A program made the translations under genes and the position numbers. Below, piece by piece: positions 23,236-36,310 of a DNA stretch of 64,000 bases. Source of the DNA: Carcharhinus amblyrhynchos (Eukaryota); the NCBI GenBank assembly GCA_965287045.1, contig OZ336870.1, positions 71,858,001 through 71,922,000 of the forward strand. The letters are read 5' to 3'. The notes beneath the pieces are model-generated. The model did not search any database. It saw nothing but the letters and a program-made list of their open reading frames with translations, and was not told the DNA's origin. How positions within the stretch are numbered: position 1 is the first letter of the stretch; the number at the start of each line of letters is the position of its first letter.

Positions 23236-24934
23236 TTGATCTCTCAGCAGATGGTGGATCCATTGCATACACCAGTCAGGAATTTTGACCACAGTATATT
23301 TTCAGTAATTAGAGTAGCAGTCCAGAGGTTACCACCTAAAAATTATTTTTTAAAGTATTTTACTCAGCTTATTAAAAAGTCTGAATTAGGAGGAGTGCTT
23401 GGATTCCTAATAAAACCAAAGAATGCTGCAGCTCAGGCTGTGGGGCAGACTTTTGTATTAGCGAGATTTTCCAGTCCTGCCAAAGTCAATGGATTATTGA
23501 ACAGTTCACAGCATTTTACAGCCCCATCCCATTGCGACAGGGCTGTAAAATCCTGCCTCTAATTATTGTGTGACAGGCACTTCCTGGCCTTTGTTCTAAT
23601 CTCACCAAATTTAATTTTAAGTACCCTTGTTCTAATATCTTAGCATGTCTTGAAACGGTATTAGCCTGATTAATACCCTTTACTTAATACCTTGTATACT
23701 TAAGTAAAGCACCCCTTATGCCATTTCCCTTTAAGCTGTTGAATTCCAATTTCTCCAATCTTTCCTCTGAACTCAATCTTGTGACATTAAGAATAATTTT
23801 CATTGTGTTTTTCTGCAGTTTTCTCTATGGATGTAATGTTTTCACTTACATCTTGGTAATCAATGAACACAATGCCCAAGGCCTGACCTGAGCACTGAAC
23901 AATGGTGGCATGGAACATTCTGACTTAACACTAGTATTCTCAGTGGTTTTGGAGAAATGTCAATGTCCATTCCATATGTTGCAGGGGCCACAACTCTGAC
24001 CGAGTCCTTCGCCCTCGTCTATTTCTTTGGCCCATTCAATTATACGAACTGGCCATCCAAACCTAGCTCAGTCGTAGCTGCCTGCATCATACCAGCAACA
24101 GACCACAATTAAACTAAGTAAGTATAGGAACAAAAATTGACCTATTCTCCCAACATTGCCACCATGATAAGTTAAGCAAGTTGTACAACTTACATCTGCA
24201 CAAGTCCAGTCCAATCTCACTGAACCACAAGCATTTGCCAGATGCTTAATTGTCAATCACATTCAGCTCAACAAATAGCTGTGCATGAATGGGCTAGGGA
24301 TTTTATGACTCAAAAACATTCCTAGCTTTAAAATCCAAATTAAAATGAAGTTGCCCAGTCATCAGTGGCCCATCTGTAACCTCCTAACCCTCCACAAGTA
24401 TTATTAGAAAGAAACTCCAATCTTTTAAAATACCACAAAAATTATTACTGAGGTCTTAACAATATCTGTGTAAATGCAATGCTCTCTCTCTTGTTCAAAT
24501 TTGTTTATCTTTATATACTGAATGGTGACTAACTTGTTGCTGTGCTGTGGTGCTGCAGGGTGTTCGCAATGGACACAAACAACATGATGTGAAGAAATGA
24601 ATTGTCAGTTTGCTACTGCTGGTCTGACTCTTGTCTAATGCAGACTCATGAGAAATTAGACAGCCCAGAAGGATGACACACCACAAACACCAGATCTTTA
24701 ACATATACAGGATAAAAGACTTTGCACATATTGATTGACTGCATGGGTCAAATAGTGGTGTGTTTTGTGTTGGACTGGAAGACAGAATCCAATGGCAGGC
24801 AAAAGGACAGAAATGTCCTGGTGCAAAAATAGTTTGCGATTCTGCCAATGGCAAGTGAATGGTGGGTTGGTTATCCTGCTGCCAAGTGGCATAAACACTA
24901 TTTGCATTCGTTATCATCTCACAAAGGCCTGTTA

Positions 24935-25428
24935 GATCATAAAATCCTACAGTGCAGAGGAGGCCATTAGACCCATTGAGTCTGCACCAATCACAAACCC
25001 ATTCAGGCCCTATCCCCATAACCCCATGCATTTATCCCAGCTGGTCCCCCTAACCCTAAGGGGCAGTTTATCATGGCCAATCCACCTAACCTGTACATCT
25101 TTGGACTGTGGGAGGTAGTGGAAGCAGATATGATAGTGACTTTTAAGGAGCATCTTGACAAATACATGAATAGGATGGAAATAGAGGGATATGGTCCCTG
25201 GAAGGGTAGGGGGTTTAAGTTAAGTTGGGTAGTATTGTCAGTGCAGGCTTGGAGGGCTGAAGGGCCTGTTCCTACGCTAAAATTTTTTTTGATCTTTGAA
25301 ACTGGAGCACCGGGAGGAAACCCACACAGACACGGGGAGAATGTGCAAACTCTACACAAACAGTGACCCAAGCCAGGAATTGAACTCTGGCACTGTAAGG
25401 CAGCAGTGCCAAACACTGTGCCATCGTG
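24935..25428 (-). mobile_element. HE1-like SINE containing a nested plus-strand CR1 tail (~25113-25297)
   Basis: SINE breaks at tttggactgtgggag and resumes gaaactggagcacc; insert encodes VVEADMIVTFKEHLDKYM. Confidence 0.88.
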
Positions 25429-26807
25429 CCACTCACTGGAATCTCTTGACACCTTACAATCTTGCCTCATGCCAATGGGAATAACCTCAAACCTGTTCGT
25501 AAAGGAGTGGTGTGTACACGTCAGACCACAGTTCGTTCATGACTTCAAAGTGAGCGCATACATACACGAGCTGCCATAGTATGGCACTGGTCTTATTGCA
25601 ATGAATACCATGCTCCTGGGGCTGCAGTGTTGTACGGCTCCTATTCTTTACTGACATTGTCCAGAAGGACAGCACTGTGCTGAGGACCTCAGGCAGAGCT
25701 CCACTTTCACAAATGAGCATTTCAACTGGGGGTGGAGTGCGAGGGGAGGATGGGGATGATGGACACAAGGGGGGTAGCAATGGGAAAGAAAGGCTGTGAA
25801 AGGGATGTGAAGGGGGAAAGGAAGCATGATGGAAGGCATAAGGCAGTCTGAAGGATTGAGGCTGGAGCAAGATAAGAGCGCATGAAATGCTTACAAGCAA
25901 GGGGCTTTAAGGGATAACATGTTTTAAGTGGAAAGGGATGCACACAGACCCTGGAGTAGGAAGGGATGTTAGTGAGCACAAGATGGATGAGCCACGCAGA
26001 GACTCAGAAAGTTGGAGGAGAGTGGAGAAAAGGTCTGGGAGGGGAAAGTCTTCAGTTATCAGAGCAATGGGAAATTCTGTGGTCCTTGGTCTGGGGCTTG
26101 CAATCAGCGGCCACAAAGTACAGACACTCCTGTGACGATGTGGAAAGGAGTCACAGATTACAACCCAGAGTCTATGTGGATCTCATAGTCAGAGGTTTGA
26201 GATAGAAAACAGCCCAGGAGTACAGCGGGCATGCTGGACTCATCATTAGAAGAACAGTGTACCCCAGAGAGGGGCAAGGGCTCTGGTGGAAAATACACCA
26301 CTTTTGTCGTCTCACAGTCGCTGTCCATTGGCTTGGCTGTTTCCATTCTGGACTACAAGTGGAATGATGATGGTAACTGGAGACATTGCGGCCCACAGAT
26401 AAGAAGCAAACTCATGTTCATTCTTGTAGGACCAGCTAGTTAAAGGGCACACCAGAAAGGCCCCTTTGCCCAGCAGTGTCCCAAACTGCCTCAGAGGCCC
26501 AGCCTGAGGGATATGGTCAAGGGAAGCCAGAGCATGAAGAAGAGGGACAAGAGGTGAGACCCAGACAACTTAATTGACTCACTGGACATAAGGTACATGA
26601 TAGAAGAGTCTCCATCAGGTTTGTTTTGGATGATAGCCAGGCTCAACCATTCACCACCGTCTCAGGTTTCTTGAGTTGTTGATATGTGTCCCCTCTAGTG
26701 TTTGTGTGAGATCCCTGCAAAGGATAGCTGTTTGATTATATGATGTGATGATGAGAGTTTGACATTGGAAGTCGTTGAAGGATGGCTTAGCCTGCCGGAG
26801 CGGACGA

Positions 26808-27032
26808 GAATGTTTATCATCTTCCTGCATTGGATGACATTTCAGGCACGGTTTCCAGCCATGCTGACTGCCTGTGCATCAGCCTTCCAGGCCATAGAGG
26901 TAAGGCTGGTGTGCCCATGGACCTATCCCTGGGATTGAGGACATGCTTGTTCACCTACATTCTTTTGACCGAGGCCTCGAGGGCCTGATTAATGACGATG
27001 ACTGGTGCCGCCTTCTTGTCAGTGGAAGACAT
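26808..27032 (-). pseudogene. Decayed Myb/SANT-like DNA-binding ORF of a Harbinger-type transposon
   Basis: My translation: MSSTDKKAAPVIVINQALEASVKRM*..LTSMAWKADAQAVSMAGNRA*NVIQCRKMIN; resembles the AP..LEAL..AW..VS..QCRK..N pattern; has stops. Confidence 0.55.
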
Positions 27033-27371
27033 CCATAGCGCTCTTCAAGTCAGCTGGGCTAACTATTAGACTGGTGTTTAAATATGGCACCCAGATCTTC
27101 AGCTCCACCCACTAATGCTGGAGGATGAGTCAACTCCCAAATCTTCAGGTAATTCAGCCCAATACCCATCTTAATGAGTTTCCAAAGGCAGAATTGAGCC
27201 TGGGTTCCTGCCATTCCGAGGACTGAAGTGGGGCCCACCAAAACTGCCTGGCACCCCACTTTGTCTTATCATGGAAACTTCCATTCTGTGTCTTTCATAA
27301 AGAAAGATTAAATGAATTTCATATTTAGTCATTTATTTGAAGCAACTGAGGCTTTGGGATCATTGTATGAA

Positions 27372-27665
27372 ACCATAGAATTCCTAAAATTCAGAAGGAG
27401 GCCATTCGGTCCATCAAATCCACGCTGAGTCTCCGAAACAGCATCTTACCCAGGCCCACCCCTCCCCAACCCACGTTTACCATGGCCAATCCATCTAATC
27501 TACACATCCTTGGAGTGTGGGAGGAAACCGGAGCACCTAGAGGAAGCCCACGCAGACATGGGGAGAACATGCAGACTCCACACAGACAGTGACCCAAGGC
27601 TGGGATTGAACCTGGGTCCCTGATGTTGAGAGACAGCAGTGCTAACCACTGCCACCATGCCAGCC
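27372..27665 (-). mobile_element. HE1-like SINE
   Basis: cagaaggaggccattcgg..ctccacacagacagtgaccc..cagcagtgctaaccactgccacc. Confidence 0.9.
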
Positions 27666-28669
27666 CATATAGAGTATTGTGCAGCAAAATGGAGGGAAAG
27701 AAACAAATTTATTCTAAACCGATATTCATCCCTTAAATCTTAATGTAATTAATGAACGCTGTACTTGAATAGCTGTGCTAGAAATTAATTATCCTCAAAA
27801 GAGTTAGATATGCACATCTGCATTAAAGCTAAAGATGAAAACACCTGTTAGTAAAAATAAATCTTTCTTATTAGATTGTCTGCTGTCATTGAGATTACTA
27901 TAGAACAATGCCAACCAAACTCATAAGAAAATATTCTCCTCATGCATTACAATAAAGAGGACTTTGTGACTGAAAACTATTCCCTGCGTGTGCACGTGCA
28001 GCATTCACAGTCCACCGTACAGTAACTTACCCTGTCATGGGTCAGTCACCAAAGATCAGTTTGTTAAAGATTTAATTAATCTGTACACCTGCTTCTTTCA
28101 GAGGGGTCTTTTGAGAAGAGCTAAACATGCCAGAAGGCATTACAGCTAGCTTACAGAACTGTAATTAAAGTCTTCTTCAGAATCAAACTGTTTGTTGCAG
28201 TATGATTTACTAGGGCTACAAAAAGAAATCACCTGAGTTTAATTAGCTCTCAGCAACTGTTTTGTATCTTCTTACATTTTTAGTGGTAAAATATGACCAG
28301 CTCTTTTAGCGTTTCCTTAAATCACAGCAGTGTCGCTGACTAGAAATTCCTGAGAATTATAGGAGTGGGACTTGAAAACGTTTGAGTTCAAAAGCTGACT
28401 CCCTTTTCACCTACTCTGCATTTCATCCAGATTTCCCGATCTGGTCATCTGTCAGCAGTTTGCTTTTTTGCACGGCTTTATGTTCGATTCTAATCCAATC
28501 CATATCGAATATTCATCAGGGAGAATGTGAAAGTCCTTAACTCTGTTACTGCACATGAAGTGTGTGAACCTTAATAGAGTCATCTATCTAGCTCCTTTAA
28601 TGTAGTCATGCCCGTACGAAGACGTCATGTTATGAATTTTCAGTCAATAACTTGTTTAAAACTGGTTTT

Positions 28670-29220
28670 TCCTCTCTCATCTTAAACTTATGCCCTCTAG
28701 GTTTGGACTCCTCTACCCTGGGGAAAAGACCTTGGCTATTCACCTTGTCTACGCTCCTCATGATTTTATAAATCGCTATAAGGTCACCCTTCATTCTCCT
28801 GCGCTCCAGGGGAAAAAGGTCCCAGCCTACCTAGACTCTCCTTATAATTTAAACCTCCCAGCCCCAGTAATATCCTTGTAAGTCTTTTCTGCACCCTCTC
28901 CAGATTAATAACATCCTTCCTATAGCAGGGTAACCAGAATTGTACACAGTACTCCAAATGTGACCTTACTAATGTCTTGTACAACGTCCCAACCCCCATT
29001 ACGCAATGCTTTTACCGATGAAGGCAAGTGTGCCAAAGCCTTCTTCACCACCCTCTCTATCTGTGACGCCACTTTCAAGGACTATGTTCCAGCACCCCTC
29101 GGTGTCTTGGTTTGACAACATTCCCCTAGGCTTATTGTGTATGTCCTGCCTTGGTTTTTCTTACCAAAATGCAACACCTTACAATTATCTGAATTAAACT
29201 CCATCTGGCATTCCTCACCC
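28670..29220 (-). mobile_element. CR1 internal/3' fragment
   Basis: LYKTLVRSHLEYCVQFWLPCYRKDVINLERVQKR. Confidence 0.88.
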
Positions 29221-29395
29221 TAGACTATGTGAATTTTAAAGATGTTAAACCACAACACAGGATGTTGGAATCTACATAAACATCACAGCTATTTGGAAAG
29301 GACTTTGAACTTGTGAAAGTCACATGTTGAGATAGTTCTGCCTACAGACAGAAAACAAGGCTATCAGTTCAGCTGCTCAGTAGATATCCTGTTCT

Positions 29396-29457
29396 TTAAG
29401 TTTATTTATTAGTGTCAGAAGTAGGCTAACATTAACACTGCAATGTAGTTACTGTGT
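29396..29457 (-). mobile_element. Isolated type B SINE tail
   Basis: ttaagtttatttattagtgtcagaagtaggctaacattaacactgcaatgtagttactgtg. Confidence 0.75.
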
Positions 29458-30138
29458 AAAAAAGGGCAGCTGAATAAAGCTTTCAGTGGCAGAGAATAAA
29501 AGATCAAGAATAGGCAATTTAGCCTCTTGAGTCTGTCCTGCCTTTCAATAAGATCTTACGCAATATAACTCCATACACCCACCTTTGTCCCATAATCCTT
29601 AATACCTATGGTAACAAAAGGTTAGCAGCCACATATTTAAAATTTATGATTGACACTAAACTGATGCAACATCAAATGTCTTTCCTGGAAGAGAGTTCCA
29701 AACTCCCACAATCGTACATTTGCATAATTTCACTCCTGAAAGGTCTACCTCAATTTTTTGTTACAGTCCCAGTCCCAGACTTCTCATTCAGCAGATACCT
29801 CTCGACCGACCCGATCTGTTCCCCTTAATTGATATCTTCAAAATTTCAATAAATTCATCCTTAAACTTGCAGTATTCCAAAATGTAGCCTAATTAAAGCT
29901 TTGTATGGCTGAAGCATGACTTCTGCCCCCTTGTATTCTATTTCTCTTGATATAAAACCCAGCGCTCCATTTTCCTTTTTGATTTGATTTTGTATCAGTT
30001 CATGACATTTTGATGATCTATATAGTTGGACAAGAGCCCTCCTTTGACCTTGACTGTTTTGAGCTTTTTAACAGGTAAAAAACATTAGGACCAAAGTGGA
30101 TATTTGTCTATTTACATAGTCTAGGAATGTTATGCTTC

Positions 30139-30356
30139 TGTAGTAGTTGGCCCCTTTAAAAGGCGTACCTCAAGGGTCATGTGACCTGATCTCCCAATGG
30201 GGAATGAGCGTGGGGATCTTGGTGCAGAGAACAGACTTTTGCAGTCTGAACAGATCCTTGAGTTAGAACTATTAATATCGTGAAAGTGCTCTGTATATGG
30301 TTACCTGTTTAGTTTGTTATACTAACTGGTGATCGCCAATCCTTGCAGTTACTACA
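30139..30356. mobile_element. Solo LTR, 218 bp
   Basis: TGTAGTA...TACTACA termini; 5 bp flanks gcttc / ccttc; interrupts the old CR1. Confidence 0.65.
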
Positions 30357-30497
30357 CCTTCCATCGACACTGTTTATGATGCCATCTATCTTTGTGTCAT
30401 TGGCAAATTTCAACATGTGGCTTTTCATGCCATCACCTAAGGCATGACTAAATATCATGGATGGGATTTTATTATTATTATTTTTAAAAATTTTTAT

Positions 30498-31275
30498 TAT
30501 TTATTTAAAAGGCGAAAAGCTGCAGCATGCTACAGTGCAGAGGGACCTGGGGGTCCTTGTGCATGAATCGCAAAAACCCAGTCTGCAGGTGCAGCAGGTG
30601 ATCAAGAAGGCGAGTGGGATGCTGGCCTTTATAGTGAGGGGGATAGAATATAAAAGCAGGGAGGTCTTGCTGCAACTGTACAGGGCACTGGTGAGGCCGC
30701 AGCTGGAGTACTGTGTGTAGTTTTGGTCACTGTACTTGTGGAAGGATATATTGGCCTTGGAGGGAGTGCAGAGAAGGTTCACTAGGCTGATAGTAGAGAT
30801 GAGGGGGTTAGCCTATGAAGAGAGACTAAATAGACTGGGTCTGTACTCATTGGAGTTTAGTAGGCTGAGAGGGGATCTTATAGAGACATATAAGGTAATG
30901 AAGGGGCTAGATAGGGTAGAGGTAGAGAGATTCTTCCCGCTTAGAAAGGATAGCAGAACCAGAGGGCACAGTCTCAAAATAAAGGTGGGGAGGGTGCAGT
31001 TTAGATCGGAGTTGAGGAGGAACTTCTTCACTCAAAGGGTGGTGAATCTCTGGAATTCTCTGCCCGTTGAAGTGGTGGAGGCTACCTTGCTGAATATATT
31101 TAAGTCACGGGTAGATAGGTTTCTGGTGGACAAGTGAATTAAGGGTTATGGGAAGAAAGCGGGAAAGTGGAACTGGTCCACTTCAGATCAGCCATGATCT
31201 TATTGAATGGCGGGGCAGGCTCGAAGGGCTAGATGGCCTACTCCTGCTCCTATTTCTTATGTTCTTTTGTTCTTA
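30498..31275 (+). mobile_element. CR1 3' fragment (sister of the young family), nested in a MITE (30459-31389)
   Basis: YLKGEKLQHATVQRDLGVLVHES..; same 3'UTR; host MITE resembles 36185-36310 and has CAT on both flanks. Confidence 0.92.
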
Positions 31276-32383
31276 AAGCTTTGCTCACCCCGGAACCAGA
31301 AAATTCCACCCGAAGTCAACAGGCCTTTCCATGCTCCACCTCTCACCCGCTCCAATTCCTGTGGTGGGCGGAACAGTAAAATTCACCCCCATGAGTTAGT
31401 TGAGTCCCCACTAGTCAATTAGACTCTCTGCTCATTATCCCTACTCTCTCTCTCTCTTCTAGTGCTCAGCTGATTTTCTAACCAAGTCAGAAATTTACCT
31501 TCAATTCCCTAAATTTCAACATTAGTTTTGTGGGAGTTTGTCAAATGGTAGGAGGAAGCTCATGTAAAGTACATGCATGGACATTTCCCTGTCCACTACT
31601 TTAGCCACCTCAACAAATGTTTCAATCAGATTTATCAGGCGTGACCTGTTATAAAATCATGCTGACATTTTCTGATCAGTGAAAATTCTCTCTGCGTTCA
31701 GTCACTCAAGCCTCTATTCTAGACTATACTAATTACGGACCAGTTAAATAACTGATCCATAATTATTCGTTTCCAATCTCTCAACCCTTTTAAATAGAGG
31801 AGTGACATGCAGAAATTTTCAGTGCAAAAGAACAATTCCCCAGTCAAGCGAACTTTGGAAGGTCATAGTTAGGGCAGTTGCAATGTTCTCACATACTTCC
31901 GGTAAAACTCTGGGATGGAAACTATATTGCTGGAAATTTGTCAGTCTTTAGTGTCATCATTTTCTTCATTGTTGTTATTTTACTAATGTTAATTTTGATG
32001 AGTCCTTTCCCTTGATTCAGTACAAGTTTCCTTGAGAAGTACAATATACTAGCCTCTTCCTTTATTCCAAATGCTAATGCAAAGTAGTTCTTCAATATGT
32101 CCATTATTTCCTCATTTTCACTGTTAATATCTTCACGAGTGGTTCTGAAGGCACCCTCATTTCTCCTCAGTGCTATTTTCACTCATTTTTGTGTAAAATG
32201 TTTTGTGTTTATTTGATATCCAATGTCCAATTATCACAGTCCAGTTTTGTAGCTCTCAATATCAATTTTGTCAGTCTTTGATGCGCTTGTGTCCCTCTCA
32301 TTAATCAGGTGTGTATTACATTTTGCATTTTTCTATATTAGTCTTTTAGCTCAATGTTGCCCCTTAACCTTTTTAGCTGTCCA

Positions 32384-32668
32384 TGGTTAGTACTGCTGCC
32401 TCACAATGCCAGGGATCTGGCTTCAATTCCAGCCTCGGGTGACTGTGTGGAGTTTGCAAGTTCTGCGTGGCTTTCCTTTGGGTGCTTCAGTTTCCTCCAA
32501 AGACGTGTAGGTTAGGTGAATTGGCGATGCTAAATTGCCCCTTAGTGTCAAGAGATTCATGGGGCAAATATGTGGGGTTACAGGATAGGGCTTGAGTGGA
32601 ATTGTTGTCAATGCAGGCTCGATGGGCTGAATGGCCTCCAACTGTACTGTAGGCATTCTATGACTTTA
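32384..32668 (+). mobile_element. HE1-like SINE
   Basis: tggttagtactgctgcctcaca..ctgtgtggagtttgca..gatgggctgaatggcctcc. Confidence 0.88.
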
Positions 32669-35129
32669 TAGCTGTTTTTGTTTTTGGCAAGTAGTTCTCT
32701 TGTAAAGTGGCTCTGTATCACTGGGGTATAACTTCCTGGTTCCCCCATGTCACACCTGCAGGGTACACCAATGATGCACTGAAGAATCCCTCCGGGAAGT
32801 ATCCACTTAAGTGGTTACCTGCACTTGTCCAGAAAGGCTAGCTTCCCCTGGACAACTGAACTGTACTGGGAAGTCATCTGAATTGCTAATTTCAGATGGT
32901 TCTGCCAGTTTTGCACTCATAGGCCAGGTTTCACCAAGCTTGTTATGCTGTAGTGGGAAACTCAATGGCCCATTGAGTCGGGTATCAAGCCTGAAAGGGA
33001 ATTCCTGGTGGGTAGCAAATCTGTTGGCATTCTCTCAGCCCACCACATCTGCCCCAATGAAGTTCCTTGAGGGTGGGAACTTGATAAATATTTAAACTGT
33101 TAATACACAATTAATTATTGGGCTGGAAGACTAATTCAGTGCCCACCCATGATGCACTCACTACCCCCAGTGGGAATTGCTGCAGGTCTTGACAAACCTG
33201 TACCTGCGTCTTGGACTCTGAGGGTGGGGCAGGGGGATAAGTGCTGTGCCATATTCCCCTCTTCCACTGTCAGGCTGCAGAGGGAGGGTTTCCCAAGGAA
33301 CCTGGGGGTTGGACGGGTTTGGGTTGGAGGGTTGGGTTGAGACTCTGCTCCGGGATGGCGGCCTAATGGCTGCTATTGTCCTTGTTGCCTTCAGAAAGGT
33401 GATTTCAAACACCATCCTGCTAAAGATATTGTCTCTGTCCTTTAAAATCATTATAAAGTGCCCTTGTCACTTTGATATTCAGGGACTCTTGGAAACTTTC
33501 AAAATTACTACAGCACTCCATTCCAAAGTAGGGATTTTCCCCAGTTAATGCCATAAGTTCCGATATTAAACTAACTCTTTAAAGTGTTCTTATAGAAAGG
33601 ATCTATCTATTTTACCAGAGAGGTCTGCTTGCTTTTTCTCGTAAGGTCCAGCTGCTCTGAAACTACTTTGAAATGCTTGGATGGACAACAGCGAGCGAGC
33701 TTCGCTGGGGAATTTCCCCTTCTAACATTGAAAAAGTAGCATTCAGTGTCTGGCTCCACTAAAGTGCTTTGAATGATAGGTTGGGTTCACTTACTCAGTA
33801 GCCAGGATCTTCATTCGTTTTCTCTTCCATTCATGGTTGAATGAATCTCAAGTGCTTTGTAAACATTGCAGACAGAAAAGTGGAAGTGAAACCACGGGGG
33901 AGAACTCGGTGATCGTTAATCCTGGTGTGATTTTTCCGGTCCGCTGGCAGTGCACCGCCTCCTGCAGGTTTCAAGGCGGTGTGGGGTGACCTCAATGGGA
34001 AACCCCATTGACAGCGGCATGGTGCTCTGTGGCTCAGAGAACAGAGCGCCATCTCCCACCATCGAGAAACAGGCATCTGGGAGGCTGGAGAATTCCTTCC
34101 ACATGACAAGTGGATAATTGATAATTTAAAGAAAAAGGGCGGCGTGGACAAGTTGGACGGAAGGGCTTGTTTCCATGCTGTAAACCTTTATGACTCTATA
34201 ACTTGTCAATCCATGTTTATAAACATTGCAGTTAGGAACAAAGGCAGCACATAAGATGTGTTCAACCAAGGAGCAGGCCTGAAGGGAGGACTTAGGGTCT
34301 GAGGGGATTCCATCTTAGAGTGTCTCTCTTGCGAGGGGTTGGGGGGGAGCTGTGGTGGTGGTGGTGGGAATACTCTTCTGGGCTTTGGGATTGGGGGTGC
34401 TCCCCTTGCCAGTGGGTGTTGCCACGTCCATACTGTGGCAGAGCGGGTCCCACTCTTGAGTGCTGAGGTCTGGCATGTTTTGCACAACGCAAAATCAATG
34501 GTTAAGCTTAGAGAATCCCAGCCTGACAGGCACTGCCAATAGGAAACACTTTGGTTTTCCTGCTGACAGGAGCACCGAGCGCAGACGGGTGAGTCACACC
34601 CTTAGTTACTCTGAAAGAGTTTAAAAAAAGCACTTTGAACATGACAGCAATTATTTTAAAGACCCAGACCAAGTCCTGCAATGACAACCACTCCCCTGCC
34701 CAGCAGCCGACCCCACCCCCCCACCCTGCCCGAGCAACCCAATCCCCTCCAAGGAACACCTCACACCTGCCAATCCACATGGGATTCCCAAATCCCTCAA
34801 CCTGACCCGAGCCCCCCACCCCCCCCACAACCACGACCGTCCCGACTCAATCCCCCAACCTGATTACCTGATCCGTACCCCCGACTTGAGACTCTGACCC
34901 AAGTCTCCTCAACCCGAGCCACTCTCCGAGCCAATGCAACTCTGCCCATGATCTGTGATCTCCTTCCTGAGCCCCCAGTCTAAACACCCTGACCCAGACC
35001 CACACTCTCATTCCCACCCCTCCGTGACATCTGATTAGTCCCCCAAATGACTGAACCCCTAATATCCTCCCAATGCCTGAACCCCTCCATCCCACATCCC
35101 AATCACCTCTCTGAATGGATCACCCCCCG

Positions 35130-35228
35130 CCCATGTCCAGTGGCCCCTCCCCACATGTCCAGTACCTCCCCGCCCATGTCCAGTACCCTCTCCCTACGAG
35201 TCCAGTACCCCCTCCCCACATGTCCAGA
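35130..35228. repeat. ~22 bp minisatellite (catgtccagtaccc..)
   Basis: Five gtccag cores spaced 21-23 bp apart. Confidence 0.7.
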
Positions 35229-36184
35229 TCAGACACCCTGGCCGCGATTCTCCTATCCACATGTGCATCTCCTGGAGCCAGCGAGCAGTCACCTGTCAGA
35301 CCTTTCAGGTCCCGATGGAATCATCCACTCAATCAGGATTACTTCATTTGGACAGGGTTCAGGCTAACTCCCCACGTTCGGGAACTAGCGGAGACCCTGC
35401 CAGAAAAAGGGAGAGAAATCAGGGCCCCCTAGGGGTAAGGCGGCAGGATGATAGTGCCCCCTGGGCATGGGCACCCTGGCAGTGCCAGCTTTGCCTCCTG
35501 GCACTGCCCAAGGGGCAAAGTGCCATATCCAGGATGCACCAAACCACTGCCCATTGGGCATTGGGCAATGCCAAGGGGGCAGGGCCTATTGTGGGTGGGG
35601 CGTAGTTGCGATTGTTGGGGTAGAGGTGGGCGCCTGCTGCCACTCTGCATTGGGATCGGTCTGGGATGGAGGGAGGACAGCAATTGGGGTGGGCTCAGTG
35701 GGGCAGGGGTCTGCTGGGGCGAGGGGATCACCACTGCTGGGAATTGAGGCCTGGGCATGAGGGCGGTCTGGGATGGTGGGGGAGTGGAGTTTAGGGCTGG
35801 CCTGGGAATTATTGTGGGGGGCCGTGATCAGGTTGTGGGGGGCTGGGGGGTAGTGCTGGGGAGGCAGAACTGCAGGGTCGTGGGCTGGCCAGCAAACAGG
35901 ATGTGTGTACAAAGTTCCAGAGCTGTCAGACTCCAGTGCGAATACCCTGCCCTCCTGGGTTTTTAATAAGATTCACGATCGAGATCTCTGCAGTGCACAG
36001 AGTGTGGAGGTTCAGGTAAGAAGCTGAACTGTCACGATCTAGAACAGTTTTCCCACCAATTCAGTACTTTTGGGAGAACCATACCCCCCCCATGTCCAGA
36101 TCTTCCCTACTGTGTCCAAACTCTCAAACAAAAGCACACACAGAAACTCAGAAGCTTCCCTTCGTCCTTTCAAAGGGATATTTA

Positions 36185-36310
36185 GGGCGGGATTTTGCAG
36201 CCTTGCTCAACCGAGACCAGAAACTCCCGGCTGAGATTAAGGGACCTTCCCGTTGTCCGCGCCTTGTCAATTCCAATTCCCACGGCGGCCGTAGCAGTAG
36301 AATTCCGGCG
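36185..36310. mobile_element. Short MITE
   Basis: gggcgggatttt..gtagaattccggcg; colinear with 31276-31389. Confidence 0.55.

Noticed and set aside
24495-25900. Long minus-strand ORFs (178, 155, 137 aa)
   Set aside because: Read-through of SINE, CR1 and low-complexity sequence.
34200-36000. Cluster of overlapping Pro/Gly-rich ORFs
   Set aside because: GC-skewed low-complexity sequence, probably transposon interior; ORFs in all frames with no domain.
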